A stretch of DNA of 64,000 nucleotides from Heptranchias perlo. Its lineage: Eukaryota. The notes under the pieces are model-generated. The model worked only from the letters and a program-made list of their open reading frames with translations, was not told where the DNA came from and ran no database searches. The translations under genes were made by a program, and so were the position numbers. Positions 1 to 10,850 of the stretch are shown piece by piece. How positions within the stretch are numbered: the first letter of the stretch is position 1; each line of letters opens with the position of its first letter. Location: contig NC_090350.1 in the NCBI RefSeq assembly GCF_035084215.1, forward strand, positions 29,326,001 to 29,390,000. The letters run 5' to 3'.

Positions 1-1437
1 TTTTTTTTAAAGCATAAAAAATAGAAAAGACAGTTATTTCCTGCTGGTTTCTGTGATCTTGATAACCTAGTCTCTCCCCAAGGGAAGGAGCTGGAGATTT
101 AAAGCAGCTGCCAAACTAGAAATACTTCCCTCAGTGACAGCAATTAGCTATTTAGAGTACTTTCTCAAAGACCTTAAAAGGGACAAGTTAAACACTGAAC
201 CACCTTAGCAGCTAATGTCATGGGTGGGTGGGGGAGGAGGAGGGGGAATAGGCACTTTAGATTCCTAGCTGGTTCTTATGGATACTCAACATTGTTTCTA
301 CATTCATCGTATTTCCTTGTTCTACTGCCTCTCTTTATATACATCAGTTAGGCATGCGAATCAGCCAGGTGTGGTTAAAAATAACTTTTATTTGCTACCA
401 AAGTGCCGTCATTGAATCGACCACTGTACAATCTAGGAAATCAAAAACCACAGCTATTAAATCATTTACAATTCCTTCCTTAACTCCCGTATAGCTAGAG
501 GTACAAAATACAAATTCCCGAATTAAATATATACAAATTATAATACCTTTTGGAGAAAGAGAGAGATAAAGCTAGGTCTTGTCTACAATCATCAAGTAAG
601 CAGGCTGTTGCATCTGGCTACAAGGTGGGTTTTTAATTTTTTTTAAAGGTTTGCACCAGCCCCAGCAATGTTGGACTCCAGCAACATGCTGGCGATACTA
701 GTATCCAGGGTTGCAATGATGGTAATGAGGGAAGTTGTAGCACGCAATGTCCCTTTATTATTGCCACCTTATTTGGTTATCCTTACTGGTTTTTGGGCAG
801 TGCTTTTGCATCACTAGAAATGACACCAGAAAATTGCTCCTGGGCCAGAAATTGGACATAATAGAATGCCCAATGTTCTGCCACTGCCCATCCAAGTTAC
901 ACCAGAAAACTGGCATAACTTGAGAGGAAAATCCTCCTGACCATGTCTAATACATAGGCCTCAATGCTTACTCGAATGATGACCGAATGCTTAAACCTTT
1001 ACTCTGTTGTTCTAGTATTTGTCTTCTCTCTGGCAAAAATGAATGAAAGCAATTCAACCACTCAGAACAATCATAAAATAAACAAGCAGTGCAAAATTTT
1101 AAATATAAAGTTTCACTTGTCACACTAAGCATCACAACTGTGCTCCACCATTTGTTGACAATGTCCCAGGAGATCAGCTTGTAATTAAGTGTATGTCTGG
1201 CATTTTGATAAGAACTTTATGAAAGGGAAGGTAATAATGTCATGATGTTTAATAGAGAAGGCACCCATATTGGTTACAAACTGCTATTAACATTGCAGTA
1301 TTCCTTTTCATTGTTGTATGAGGCCTATAATAATCTCTGAAAAAGTTGCAGTACAGTTCTAGCAATTTCAATTTTTTTTTAAACAAAATCACGTTTTATT
1401 GTAGTAATCCACTTGATTACTGTCATTTTTAAAAGCA

Positions 1438-1650
1438 TGATGTGGAGATGCCGGTGATGGACTGGGGTTGACAATTGTAAACAATTTTACAACACCAAGT
1501 TATAGTCCAACAATTTTATTTTTAATCCCACAAGCTTTCGGAGGCTTCCCCCTTCCCACACCACCTGAGGAAGGGGGAAGCCTCCGAAAGCTTGTGGGAT
1601 TAAAAATAAAATTGTTGGACTATAACTTGGTGTTGTAAAATTGTTTACAA
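1438..1650. mobile_element. Penelope-like element fold-back (hairpin) mini-insertion with hammerhead ribozyme
   Basis: Near-perfect ~84-bp inverted arms (1473-1556 vs 1569-1652). ~35-nt unpaired tail (tgatgtggagatgccggtgatggactggggttgac) matches the 3' end of the GIY-YIG element at 50490-50527. Flanking duplication ttttaaaagca at 1427-1437 and 1651-1661. Confidence 0.9.
1561..1597 (+). ncRNA. Minimal hammerhead ribozyme motif (PLE type)
   Basis: ccac-CTGAGGA-a-gggg-gaagc-ctcc-GAAA-gctt-gtgg: CUGANGA and GAAA cores, 4-bp stem I (ccac/gtgg), 4-bp stem II, palindromic AGCU stem III. Confidence 0.75.
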
Positions 1651-2539
1651 TTTTAAAAGCAGACTAAGGCTCAGAGAGCAATTTTTTTGAATCTATGAAA
1701 TTGTCTAGACAGTGACAGCAAATAAATATATAGTTGCATCACTTGATATTTTATATCTTTCTATTTCTTTTCGCAGGGCAAAAGGAAAGAAAACCAAAGA
1801 TCTTTTAAATATCAAGAGCTTTTATATTTGACTATAACACCAACAATGTCAAAAATACCAAAATGTGCTAAATACAGTGATCTTACAGCAATTTAGAAAT
1901 TGAAAATCTCCAACAAAATGGTTTGCTGTGACAGTCAAGCTTTTACTTATGGGAAATAGTAACTGCATTAAGAGCTGGTGGAAATTAAAAGTTCATCATC
2001 TTCTCTGGATATTATTTGTTAAAGGTACACATCTGTGAAATTCTTACTTCTTGGGGGGGATCACTAATATGTTTAATGTTTGACAGTTATCACTGCAGTT
2101 TTTAAAAAATCTCTTGTGAAGGCTTTTTTCATACTGTCACATACTGATTGTGACAGTCTCTGATGCACCCACTGAATCTTTACTGATGCATTAGTACAGC
2201 CAATCAGATGAATGCCTCAAGGTCAATTTTCAAACAGGATATACAGGCCACAGCAGCTATGTTGTTCTGAAAATGATGTCTCCATGTTTGATAAGCAAAG
2301 CAGACAAGAACAGGTGGGTAAATGAATGACACTAATAGAATTTGAGCTGAGCATAAAGATGGGAGAGAAGAAATAACATAACCAAACAGGTTATTTTATA
2401 AATAACTTATCAATGTCACCAAAATTCCATCATTTCTTCCCTCTTCTCCCCTTTTGTCCTTTCTTCTTTCCGTCACAAGGTGTTTACTCATGATAGTGTA
2501 TGGTTGCACAGGCATAAGCAGCTCTACAGTGCCTCACTC

Positions 2540-2730
2540 AAAAGGCCAATCCTCTTTTGGGAACCTGGACAGTGAGCAGGCTATTCCACCATGGGATCTA
2601 TCACAGCCAAGCCAGATCCTGTACTCACCTGATAACCACACATGCATACTTTCCAGCAAGGGTGACTGGATAGCAATCAGGAATGGGAATTCTAACTGAC
2701 TTTTGCCTTCCAATCCCAGGGACATTGGAC
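2540..2730 (-). mobile_element. SINE family B fragment
   Basis: Similar to 56550-56850 and 32870-33130 (ggcca.tcct...gacagtgag...gatcaggaatgggaa). Confidence 0.55.
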
Positions 2731-2905
2731 AGAGTTCAACTTCAGCGGGGACGTACAATGGACAATATCAGATCAGCCGCCTGCTATTCTCCCACCCAAT
2801 TTTCCTTTCTATTGACCGCAAAGGAAAGGAAAACTTGGTGTGTATAACGAGTGGCCAATCTGATATTACCCGTCTTCATGCCCCGCCGAAGTTGAAAGTT
2901 CCAGC
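2725..2905. mobile_element. Short palindromic MITE-like element
   Basis: Imperfect ~45-bp inverted arms: ttcaacttcagcggggacg...aatatcagatcagccgc vs gtggccaatctgatatt...ccccgccgaagttgaa. A half copy lies at ~59320-59410. Confidence 0.6.
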
Positions 2906-3640
2906 GCTTGAGTCCAAATCTTAATGAGATCAGCCAACTCTGCGTAGACCAGCAATCAAACAAAGGATCTTCCTGATGTGTATGACTCAGCAGCACAACA
3001 ACTTGCATTTATTTGGTGACTTTTGCATAGGAAAATATGTCAGATTATTTTACAAGATGATGCCAAAATGGATATGGGAAAATGTTACCATACCAGGTAA
3101 CGCATTCCCCACTGAGCCATAAGAGTCACCGGGTGCTAAATTAGGCCATGTAGCACCCGTTGTTTTGATGCTAAGCAGCCTGTCCAACATTCAAGATGGC
3201 GTCTTGGCTGTGCACGCTCGTTTCCAGCGTGAAGTGCTCCAGACGCCATCTTGATATAGGAGTTAGTGCATGCGCAAATACCAAACACCGGAAGCATGTG
3301 AAGTAGGGAGAAAATGCGTGCAGTATGCAACGTTGATTTAAAGTGATAGACACCATTTTGGCACTTAACGCTCAACTCAACGCACAGTCCTAACCCCAAC
3401 CACCTGAAGGTGGCTTAGAGTGCCTGGAGGACCATCCACCAGTGCTATTTAAAGGGACTATGCAGGTTTTGCAGGTTAGTTGCTGGATTATTGCTTCTGG
3501 CTGCTGGTGGAATAGGAAGTGTTTTTTGAAGTTCCCTATACTTACTGAGAGTTCCTAGAGTATATTTGAGAGTGGTTTGGCAGGTACTGCCTTATCATTC
3601 GGAAAGTTACAACCATGGTTGAACAACATTCCAGGCAAAC

Positions 3641-4836
3641 ATGGGTGGTCTGCTAGGGCTCCCGCTGGGCATTGAGCATGACTGGGAGTATGCAGAGAAG
3701 CCACTCATAGTAGGTCAAGCTGCAAGGAGAGGGAGAACGAGGAGGCGCAGGGCACTGAGCTGGAGAACCTATCCAATGAGAGCCATCCGGGACCAATTCT
3801 CTTATCTCAACATGACCGAGGAGGATTGCATCCGAGGTTCACCAAAAAAGCCGTGACTGAGATCTGTCAACTGGTGCGGTCACAACTGCAGCCTCAGAGC
3901 AGGGCAAGGACAGCATTGCCTGTGGCTGTAAAGATCACCGTGGTGCTGAATTTCTACGGCTCAGGATCATTTCAGGCCTCTGCTGGTGACGTGTGCAACA
4001 TCTCGCAATGTGCAGTGCACTGCTGCTTAAGAGAGGTCAGAGACACACTGTACCAGATGAGGACCATGTTTATCACCTTCCCTCTTGACAGAGACAAGCA
4101 GAACGAGCGAGCATGGGGATTCGCTCGCATTGCTGGCTTCCCCATGGTGCAGGGTGCCATTGACTGCACACACATTGCCCTGCGTGCCCCTCATATCAAC
4201 TCAGCCGTCTTCATCAACCGAAAGGGCTTCCATTCCCTCAACTTGCAGCTGGTGTGTGACCACACGCTTCGAATCATGGAGGTCGATGCCCACTCCCCTG
4301 GAAGCAGTCACAACTTCATCATCATGCAGCAGTCCAACGTGCCAGCTATCTTTCACCCACCTCGGCAAGTCAAAGGCTGGCTACTGGGCAACAAGGGCTA
4401 TCCCCTCACACTGTGGCTCATGAATCTGGTCAGGAACCCACGCACAAGTGCACAGTAGGCCTATAATGAGAGCCATGCTGCCACACGCAACATCGTGGAG
4501 CACACCATAGGCCTCCTCAAACAACGCTTCCGCTGCCTGGACTGGTCTGGAGGAGCCCTGCAGTACTCCACTGAGCAGGTGGGCAGATTCGTGGTGGTAT
4601 GCTGCATGCTGCAAAACCTTGCCATCATGAGGGACCAGCCTTTGCCATCAATGATCGGAGAAGATACTGAGCCAGAGGTGGAGGAGGAGGAAGCTGAGGA
4701 GGAAAAGACTGAGGAGGAGGAAGAGGGGGAGGAGCCGGAAGAGGAAGTGGAGGAAGACACAGGTGTGCAACAGGGACCACACACCTTGTCTGCAAGGGCT
4801 CTGCTTGCTCGCCTGACCCGTGCCCGCGATCAATAA
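3641..4836 (+). pseudogene. Harbinger (HARBI1-like) DDE transposase pseudogene
   Basis: Motifs LNFYGSGSFQ, GFPMVQGAIDCTH, NRKGFHSLNLQLVCD, EHTIGLLKQRFRCLD and an acidic tail. Frameshift near 3826-3840 and in-frame TAG at 4456-4458. Confidence 0.92.
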
Positions 4837-5083
4837 TGTCAACTACATCCCCCAACTTACCAACAATGCTACACTCCCCACCTTTCCGCTTCCACAAGAC
4901 AATCAAATCGCCCTCCATCTGATTGCACATTGGTTTCTCCCTCAGCTCATCACACCAATAAAAACCACCACCAAATGCAAATTCAAAGTCGCATTTATCA
5001 ATGAATAAATGACATTATGGAAACAGAACAGAACTATTCACCCTTGTGCATTGCCTTAATGCCTGTTGTTTGTGTGCCTTTAC

Positions 5084-5960
5084 CTATCCTAGTGCTCCGA
5101 CGAGGTGCTTCCCCAGTGGCTGGAACATGGGTGGTGGGAGGCTGCTAGCCTTCAATGGAGGAGCATGCAGATAACCTTGGAGGATGACCTCAAGCAGCTC
5201 TGGGCCGGGAGGGCTCGGTTTCATACTGCACCATCTCAGCATGGGCTGCAGCAGTCTGGCCGATAGGCAACAACAGGGGCACTGGTGGAGTGGCAGGGGT
5301 GGGAGCAGGAACGCTGTTGTCCTGAGAGAGGGCAGGAGGTTCGACTGCCATGATGCCACTGCCACTCTCCCGGGGCGGTGTCTCAGCAATCCTGGTGATC
5401 AGCTGGAGAACGGATTGCTGGAGTGCTGTGACGCCCTGGAAGCCCTGTTCCACAGTGATCCCCACAGCCACGATAGCAGCAGTCTGAGCTTCATATGCAG
5501 CAGTCTGAGCTTCCATTGCAGATGGAGATGCAGATCTTTGATGACATCAGTTTGTGCTGCAATGGTAGCCTCGACCTCGGCCATCAGACGCTGCATCATG
5601 GTGGGTTCCACAGGTGTGATGATGGAGGTGACCACCCGTTACATGTTGGAAAGGATGGGCTCCGAGCTCTGCACAAAGTCCTGTGCCAAGTTGGAGCTGG
5701 ACTTCTCCGTGCCCCTTCTCATTGTGTGCAGGCTTCCTGGCAGGCTTTCCAGTGCCCCAAGCATTTGGTGGTGTACGCCCATCAGCCGTCCTCTGTAGCC
5801 TGGCCCATCGAAGTCCTCATCTGACTTCTCTGCAGCAGAACTAGTGAGCGACCTCGCCGTCTGGCAAGCTGGCACCTGTGGTATCCGTCCCCCCCCCCCC
5901 GCCCCGGCTCCTGCGCACTTCTGCTCAGTGTCTCACCACGTGCAGATCCCTCCTCTAACC
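5084..5960 (-). pseudogene. Degraded 3' part of the Harbinger Myb/SANT-like accessory gene
   Basis: Broken minus-strand ORFs with low-complexity, coiled-coil-like content (e.g. MMQRLMAEVEATIAAQT), lying between the transposase and the Myb exon. Confidence 0.55.
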
Positions 5961-5961
5961 T

Positions 5962-6203
5962 ATGCAAGGAATCTTACAACACCAAGTTATAGTCCAACTG
6001 TTTTATTTGAAAATCACAAGCTTTCGGAGGCTTTCTCCTTCGTCAGGTGAGTGTGGGATTCGGATTCCATGGAAGGTTACCGCATTTATAGTCAGAGAAC
6101 AATACCTGGTGATTACAGATAATCTTTCCAACTGCCCGTTGTCAAGGCAATCAAAGTGTTCAGACAGAGAGATGTTACCTACAGGACCACCGAATACACA
6201 AAC
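5962..6203 (-). mobile_element. Penelope-like 3' terminal fragment with intact hammerhead motif (6014-6050), inserted in Harbinger
   Basis: Homologous to 48434-48670. Reverse strand reads tcac-CTGACGA-a-ggag-aaagc-ctcc-GAAA-gctt-gtga. Confidence 0.88.
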
Positions 6204-6241
6204 GGCTCTGGATGTGCCACTTGCCACTTGCATTCACTCAC

Positions 6242-6457
6242 CTTGACCACTCGTGTCAAATCATTGAACTTCTTTTGGCACTGCACCCACGCCACAACCT
6301 GTCAATGCCTGCGGAGCTGCAATCTGGAGGGTCTCCTGCCACCCTGCGGGTACTTGTTGGCCCTCCTTTCATCCATCCCTTCCACCGGAGCCTCCAGTCC
6401 ATCATCCGTGAAGCATGGGGCCCTCTCTTGCGCCGGTCCTGCCATCCTTGCGGCCAT
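6242..6457 (-). pseudogene. Harbinger Myb/SANT-like DNA-binding protein exon 1 (disrupted)
   Basis: My translation: MAARMAGPAQERAPCFTDDGLEAPVEG...*QVVAWVQCQKKFNDLTRVVK, then a gtgagt donor. Matches the RAPxF...QCxKKFNDL trihelix signature; contains one stop. Confidence 0.8.
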
Positions 6458-7478
6458 CTTTCCCTCTTAGTGAGCTGCGTATGTCCCATCTAAAATGGGC
6501 ACCTGCACCATTAAGAGATGCAGGCTGCTGATGATGTGCGCTGAGCACGCCCCATTTCCAACTTCCTCATTCTCCACGCAGCCTCTCAGCAGCGCAGGTA
6601 GCGCTGGCTGCATGGAGATATCATGGTAAATAGCAGGCAGCTCGAAATTCACGTGCTGCCTGTGTAGGGGCCATCGGGCGGTGGGTAATAGCGCATCACG
6701 CTACCCATGCCCGAAAACGGCCTTTATCGAATTTTTTCCAACATCCACTTTTATGTCATTTTGTTCGTCCACAAAAACCATGGTACTTAAAAATAATAAT
6801 TAAACTTAAAGAACATTTGACTGTTCAGAGTGAGATAAAGGGGGAATCTATTAGACTGTAAGGAAATCAATACTTGCTGTTGGCTGGAGGTGTTTTTCAG
6901 TCAGTTTCTACAGATTTTTTATATGTCAATTGTAAGCTAAAAGAAAAATACACACAAAATTAATATCTAAATTCTTCCTTGTTGATAAATCTGTAAAATG
7001 CATTGCAAAACTTCTCATAATCATTAAGTGGCCAGAATGAGTTCTGTCAAAAAGCTTTTTTTGAAAAATTTCTAAGTTAATGTAGCGATTTAATAGTAAA
7101 ATATGATGGGTATAATTATCTATGAAATAATACTAGTAAAGTTAAAAAAAAGCACAGAATCATGAGCACTTAGGGGTTTGTAGATTGTCCTTTCACATCT
7201 GTGCTCTGAATTTGGATCCAGCCCAGTATCTTCCATCTGTTAGCTGTAAAAGTCCTAAATGAAATTAATCTGGGCAATCTCAATTTAGTTTCCAGAAACC
7301 ACTGCTCCATGGAGTAAAGTTGCCCAAAATTCTATACTGAAATACATGAAAATGGCTCGGGTGGGGGTTAATGCACATTATTGGGAGCTTTCTTCCACAT
7401 TTAATCACTGTTACACTTGACCCAAGAAAGCATTTTGCTGATAAAGGATATATAAAAGTTGAAGTTAATTTTATAAAA

Positions 7479-7655
7479 GTTAATTTTAGCCTAACCTGCC
7501 CAACGGGAATGGAGCGGGTTCAGTTCATATGCCTCTTTTATACCCCTGCTCAACTTGACACTCAAAACAGAGCGTAAAATCGGATGGGGTGTAAAACGGG
7601 CACCTGACTGGAACCCACTCCGTTCCTGCTGGGCGGGTTAAGTTAAAATTACCCC
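7479..7655. mobile_element. Palindromic MITE-like element
   Basis: ~45-bp imperfect terminal inverted arms (taattttagcctaacctgcccaacgggaatggagcgggttc / gaacccactccgttcctgctgggcgggttaagttaaaatta) plus inner arms. Confidence 0.65.
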
Positions 7656-8255
7656 GAAAGTGTTTCATTACCTAGCAATGATCCCCCTCACCTTAAAAGG
7701 GCATGACATTTCAGCTAAACATATGAGGTGAACAATTAAAATTCTGAGAGAATTTCTAACATTTCTAAAATAAGGAGCTGCTGTAGTTCAACAGTGTGAA
7801 CTGTTAATCCTAATACAGGCTCTTAATGAGGCTTATGACATTTACTTCATTTTCATGTTTACCATGACCTCTCTTCCCCATGTTTTGGATGAATTGTATT
7901 TTGTAGTCGGAACCAAAAGCAGTGTATTATCAGAAAAATGGAAAATTTGTGACGGTAATCTGCTCTTTGTACAGAATATGCCCCATGTAGTCTCTTGTTA
8001 GTTAACTTGTTACATAAACTAAACATCACGATATCAGCAGAATGTAAGATCTGGGGCTGTTACATTCTGCTAATACTCCAAAGAGAGAGAGAGAGATTTG
8101 ACTATATTTCTATATGTACAGCTCTTATTTTCCCACAGCAAGCTTTGAATAAAATTATAGAGACTATCCCTAATCTGACACTTACCCAAACAGAACTGTC
8201 ATGAACGTAATTTGTTTGGTTTGATCACTAACAACCCCAAGATCCTCTACCCCAT

Positions 8256-8269
8256 ATCTCCATGGTAAC
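8256..8269. promoter_or_regulatory. Candidate RFX X-box
   Basis: atctccatggtaac resembles the GTYNCCATGGYAAC consensus; ~600 bp upstream of the ATG of a ciliary-family gene. Confidence 0.45.
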
Positions 8270-8751
8270 CATCATCTTGGAAGCCTGCAACAACAAAGCT
8301 TCATCTCTTTCTCAAATCACCTGAGGATGCCAAACACTATTGTTATCAGTTGGGTACCATTAACAGAATGTCAGATAATGCTTTATGATGATCTAATATA
8401 AATTCCTGATGTGAATTTTCTCATGTGCATTTCTACAGGAAATTAAAAATCCGCACTCGTATTGTACTAGCGCACAAACTAAAACTGAACAGCCCTGAAT
8501 AGAAACTGAAGAAGAATGCACTCAGTTTGGGGCACCTTTTGGAACTGAATGCTGTCCATATGGGGCCTATAGTAATGGGGTATAACTCCAGCCCCCATTT
8601 AATATCCCTATTTGGAAATGGGTATGACTCAGAGCAGTGGCATTCTTTGATTTAGAAGCTTGTAACCAAACAATAGGTGTAAATTTATCTTATTGACTTG
8701 AGCTGCTGTTCTACTGGCAGCACTACACACAAAGCAACCATTGATGAAAAC

Positions 8752-8765
8752 AGCACCATGGAAAC
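8752..8765. promoter_or_regulatory. Candidate RFX X-box (weaker, strong half site)
   Basis: agcaccatggaaac ~105 bp upstream of the ATG. Confidence 0.3.
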
Positions 8766-8868
8766 CAAGGTAGCTTTGCATTGCACAGTCGCTCACGGCA
8801 GTCAATAACTTTAGTAGCAGTTGAAGTATGTGATAAAGAAAAAAAAGTTGGTCTTTAAGTTAAGGAAA

Positions 8869-9146
8869 ATGGCCTCAACGGGTATTTTTGTTGCCCCTCA
8901 GGCAAAGAATGTGGTAGTCTTTAAGAATGGAGATCCTTTCTTTACTGGAAGAAAGCTTGTGGTCAACCAGAGGCAGATTCTAACTTTTGAGACTTTTTTA
9001 AATGAAGTAACAAATAACATCAACGCTTCTGTGGCTGTGAGGAACATTTACACACCAAGCGGGGGACATCGGGTCCTTGAGTTAAATGATCTACAGAATG
9101 GATGCCATTATGTGGCCACAGGATTTGAAAAGTTTAAAAAATTAGA
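8869..9146 (+). CDS. dcdc2b: Doublecortin domain-containing 2 family, coding exon 1 (DCX domain 1)
   Basis: MASTGIFVAPQAKNVVVFKNGDPFFTGRKLVVNQRQILTFETFLNEVT...AVRNIYTPSGGHRVLELNDLQNGCHYVATGFEKFKKL; Kozak aaaATGG; donor gtaagt at 9147 (phase 2). Confidence 0.93.
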
Positions 9147-10479
9147 GTAAGTGCATTTATGCTATTCTGTCTCAATCTATACATGAACTAAAGTTGCTGC
9201 TGTTTTTTCAGTGTTGGAGAAATTGGTGCAGTTTTTCAGCATAAGTGCACAATTTATTTTTCACTATTGCTTACGTGAAGCAGTTTAACCTTAGGAGGCA
9301 AGTTATATTGAGATTCGTGTTTACTTTGGGCCTTGGCAAGGGTATGAACCTGCATTCAATTAAAGCCATGAGATTATATGCTATGTTATGCTTTATTATT
9401 CACGAGGATGTCTCATCCAAGGGATAGTCCATAGGTGGGGCTTGGACCCCTTCAAGTTTCTGGTTAAGACACAAGAAGGCAAACATAAATTTTAGATGCC
9501 ATTACTTAAAATATAATAGAATAAAATAAATCTTAATTAAGCAACAATATTCTAAAATGTGAAAGGAAGTATCTAGCTAAATTTTCTAATTCCTATTTCT
9601 TTATTGAATAGTTTTAATTCACCTCCTTGGATTAATAAAAAGATAGAAATGTTTTATGCTCCAGAATCAGAGGATTGGTTGTATAGCAGAGTCCTGATAA
9701 AATTGACTCCAGGGAAAAGCTGATTTTAACTTGGATCTGAATTTACCAGGATGGAACTACCGTGGTCCAGTGATATGCAACCAAGGTGCAGTCACTCACA
9801 CAATAATTCTGGGAATCAGAAGCAGAGGACGAGTTAACCCGCATCACCTGATGATCTCCTACCAAGCAATTAGTGATGCTGCTCATATGCACTTTATTCC
9901 AATTTAATACAATTCTTTTATATTGTTTTTACTTCTGATAGGTGACTTGAAATTTAATTGTAAATCATCTTAACAATATGCTTATTTTATGCACTGGGGA
10001 AGATTTCCAGTGTTCTCTATTTGTAGGGAAATTGTAAACATATATAAAGAAAGCTCTTGTGATTTTACTACAAATAGTGAAGAGAGCAAATCTCCTTTTG
10101 CCACCATCCCCTTCCGCAGCTACCACCCCTCCCCCCCACCTCCTCCGGTGTTTACAGACTACATTTCATCCAGTTTCATTCCATGTCTTGTTTTTTTGTA
10201 GTACAGTTTGTTTTTCTTCCCACAAAAGTACTGCAAAGTAAAATAAATACACAGAAACATAAAAAAATGGAATGAAGAAAGGCTACTGGGCTGTCAATCC
10301 AATTCCTTCCAATCGACGACATCCTCATAATGATTAGAGAGAGTATGGAAAGAATAGTAGATAATCACATCCATATATTTTATTTTCCACTTTTGTCAAT
10401 TGATGTGCATATAATGTGCATACTTGTTTTATGTTTCCTGCTTCAATATGTAATACTTTACATTGTTCAAATTAAAAAT

Positions 10480-10850
10480 CCATCTCCTATTCCTTAACCC
10501 ATCTGCTAAATTTGTATAGATTTCTTTGAATGCTATCAATCTGCTTCATAGTAATCACCTAACCTCGTGCTGTGGTACTAACAGCAAAGTTTATAATATA
10601 TCATCATTAAAATTTCCCTCCACCGTATCATTTATGGATAGTGTAAATAACAAAGGACGCAGAACAGATCCCTGCCCAGCTTCAATCATTAACTACCTCC
10701 CAGACAGAGCCTGGCATATTTCCCTCCTGCTTTCTATTGCCAAGGCAATATTCAGTCCAGTTAGCAAATTTATCCTTAATTCTATGAGTCAACATTTTCT
10801 TTAAAAGCCTTACATGTGGAACTTTATCAAATACCTTTTGAAATATAATT
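10480..10850 (-). mobile_element. Old CR1-group LINE RT fragment
   Basis: Minus strand shows decayed FQKxFDKVPHxRL and QGSVLxPLLFTxxIND motifs. Confidence 0.65.

Larger units (their letters stand above)
3130..6740. mobile_element. PIF/Harbinger DNA transposon, near full length, inactivated (ends approximate)
   Basis: GC-rich block with convergent transposase (+) and Myb/SANT-like (-) genes, the canonical Harbinger layout. TIRs are too degenerate to place precisely. Confidence 0.85.

Noticed and set aside
3641-4836. Domesticated host gene HARBI1
   Set aside because: Frameshift, stop codon, mutated conserved aspartates and a paired Myb gene indicate a dead transposon copy.
8821-8868. N-terminal extension of the 109-aa ORF
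   Set aside because: Starts at TTG; the ATG at 8869 has good Kozak context and fits DCDC2-family N-termini.
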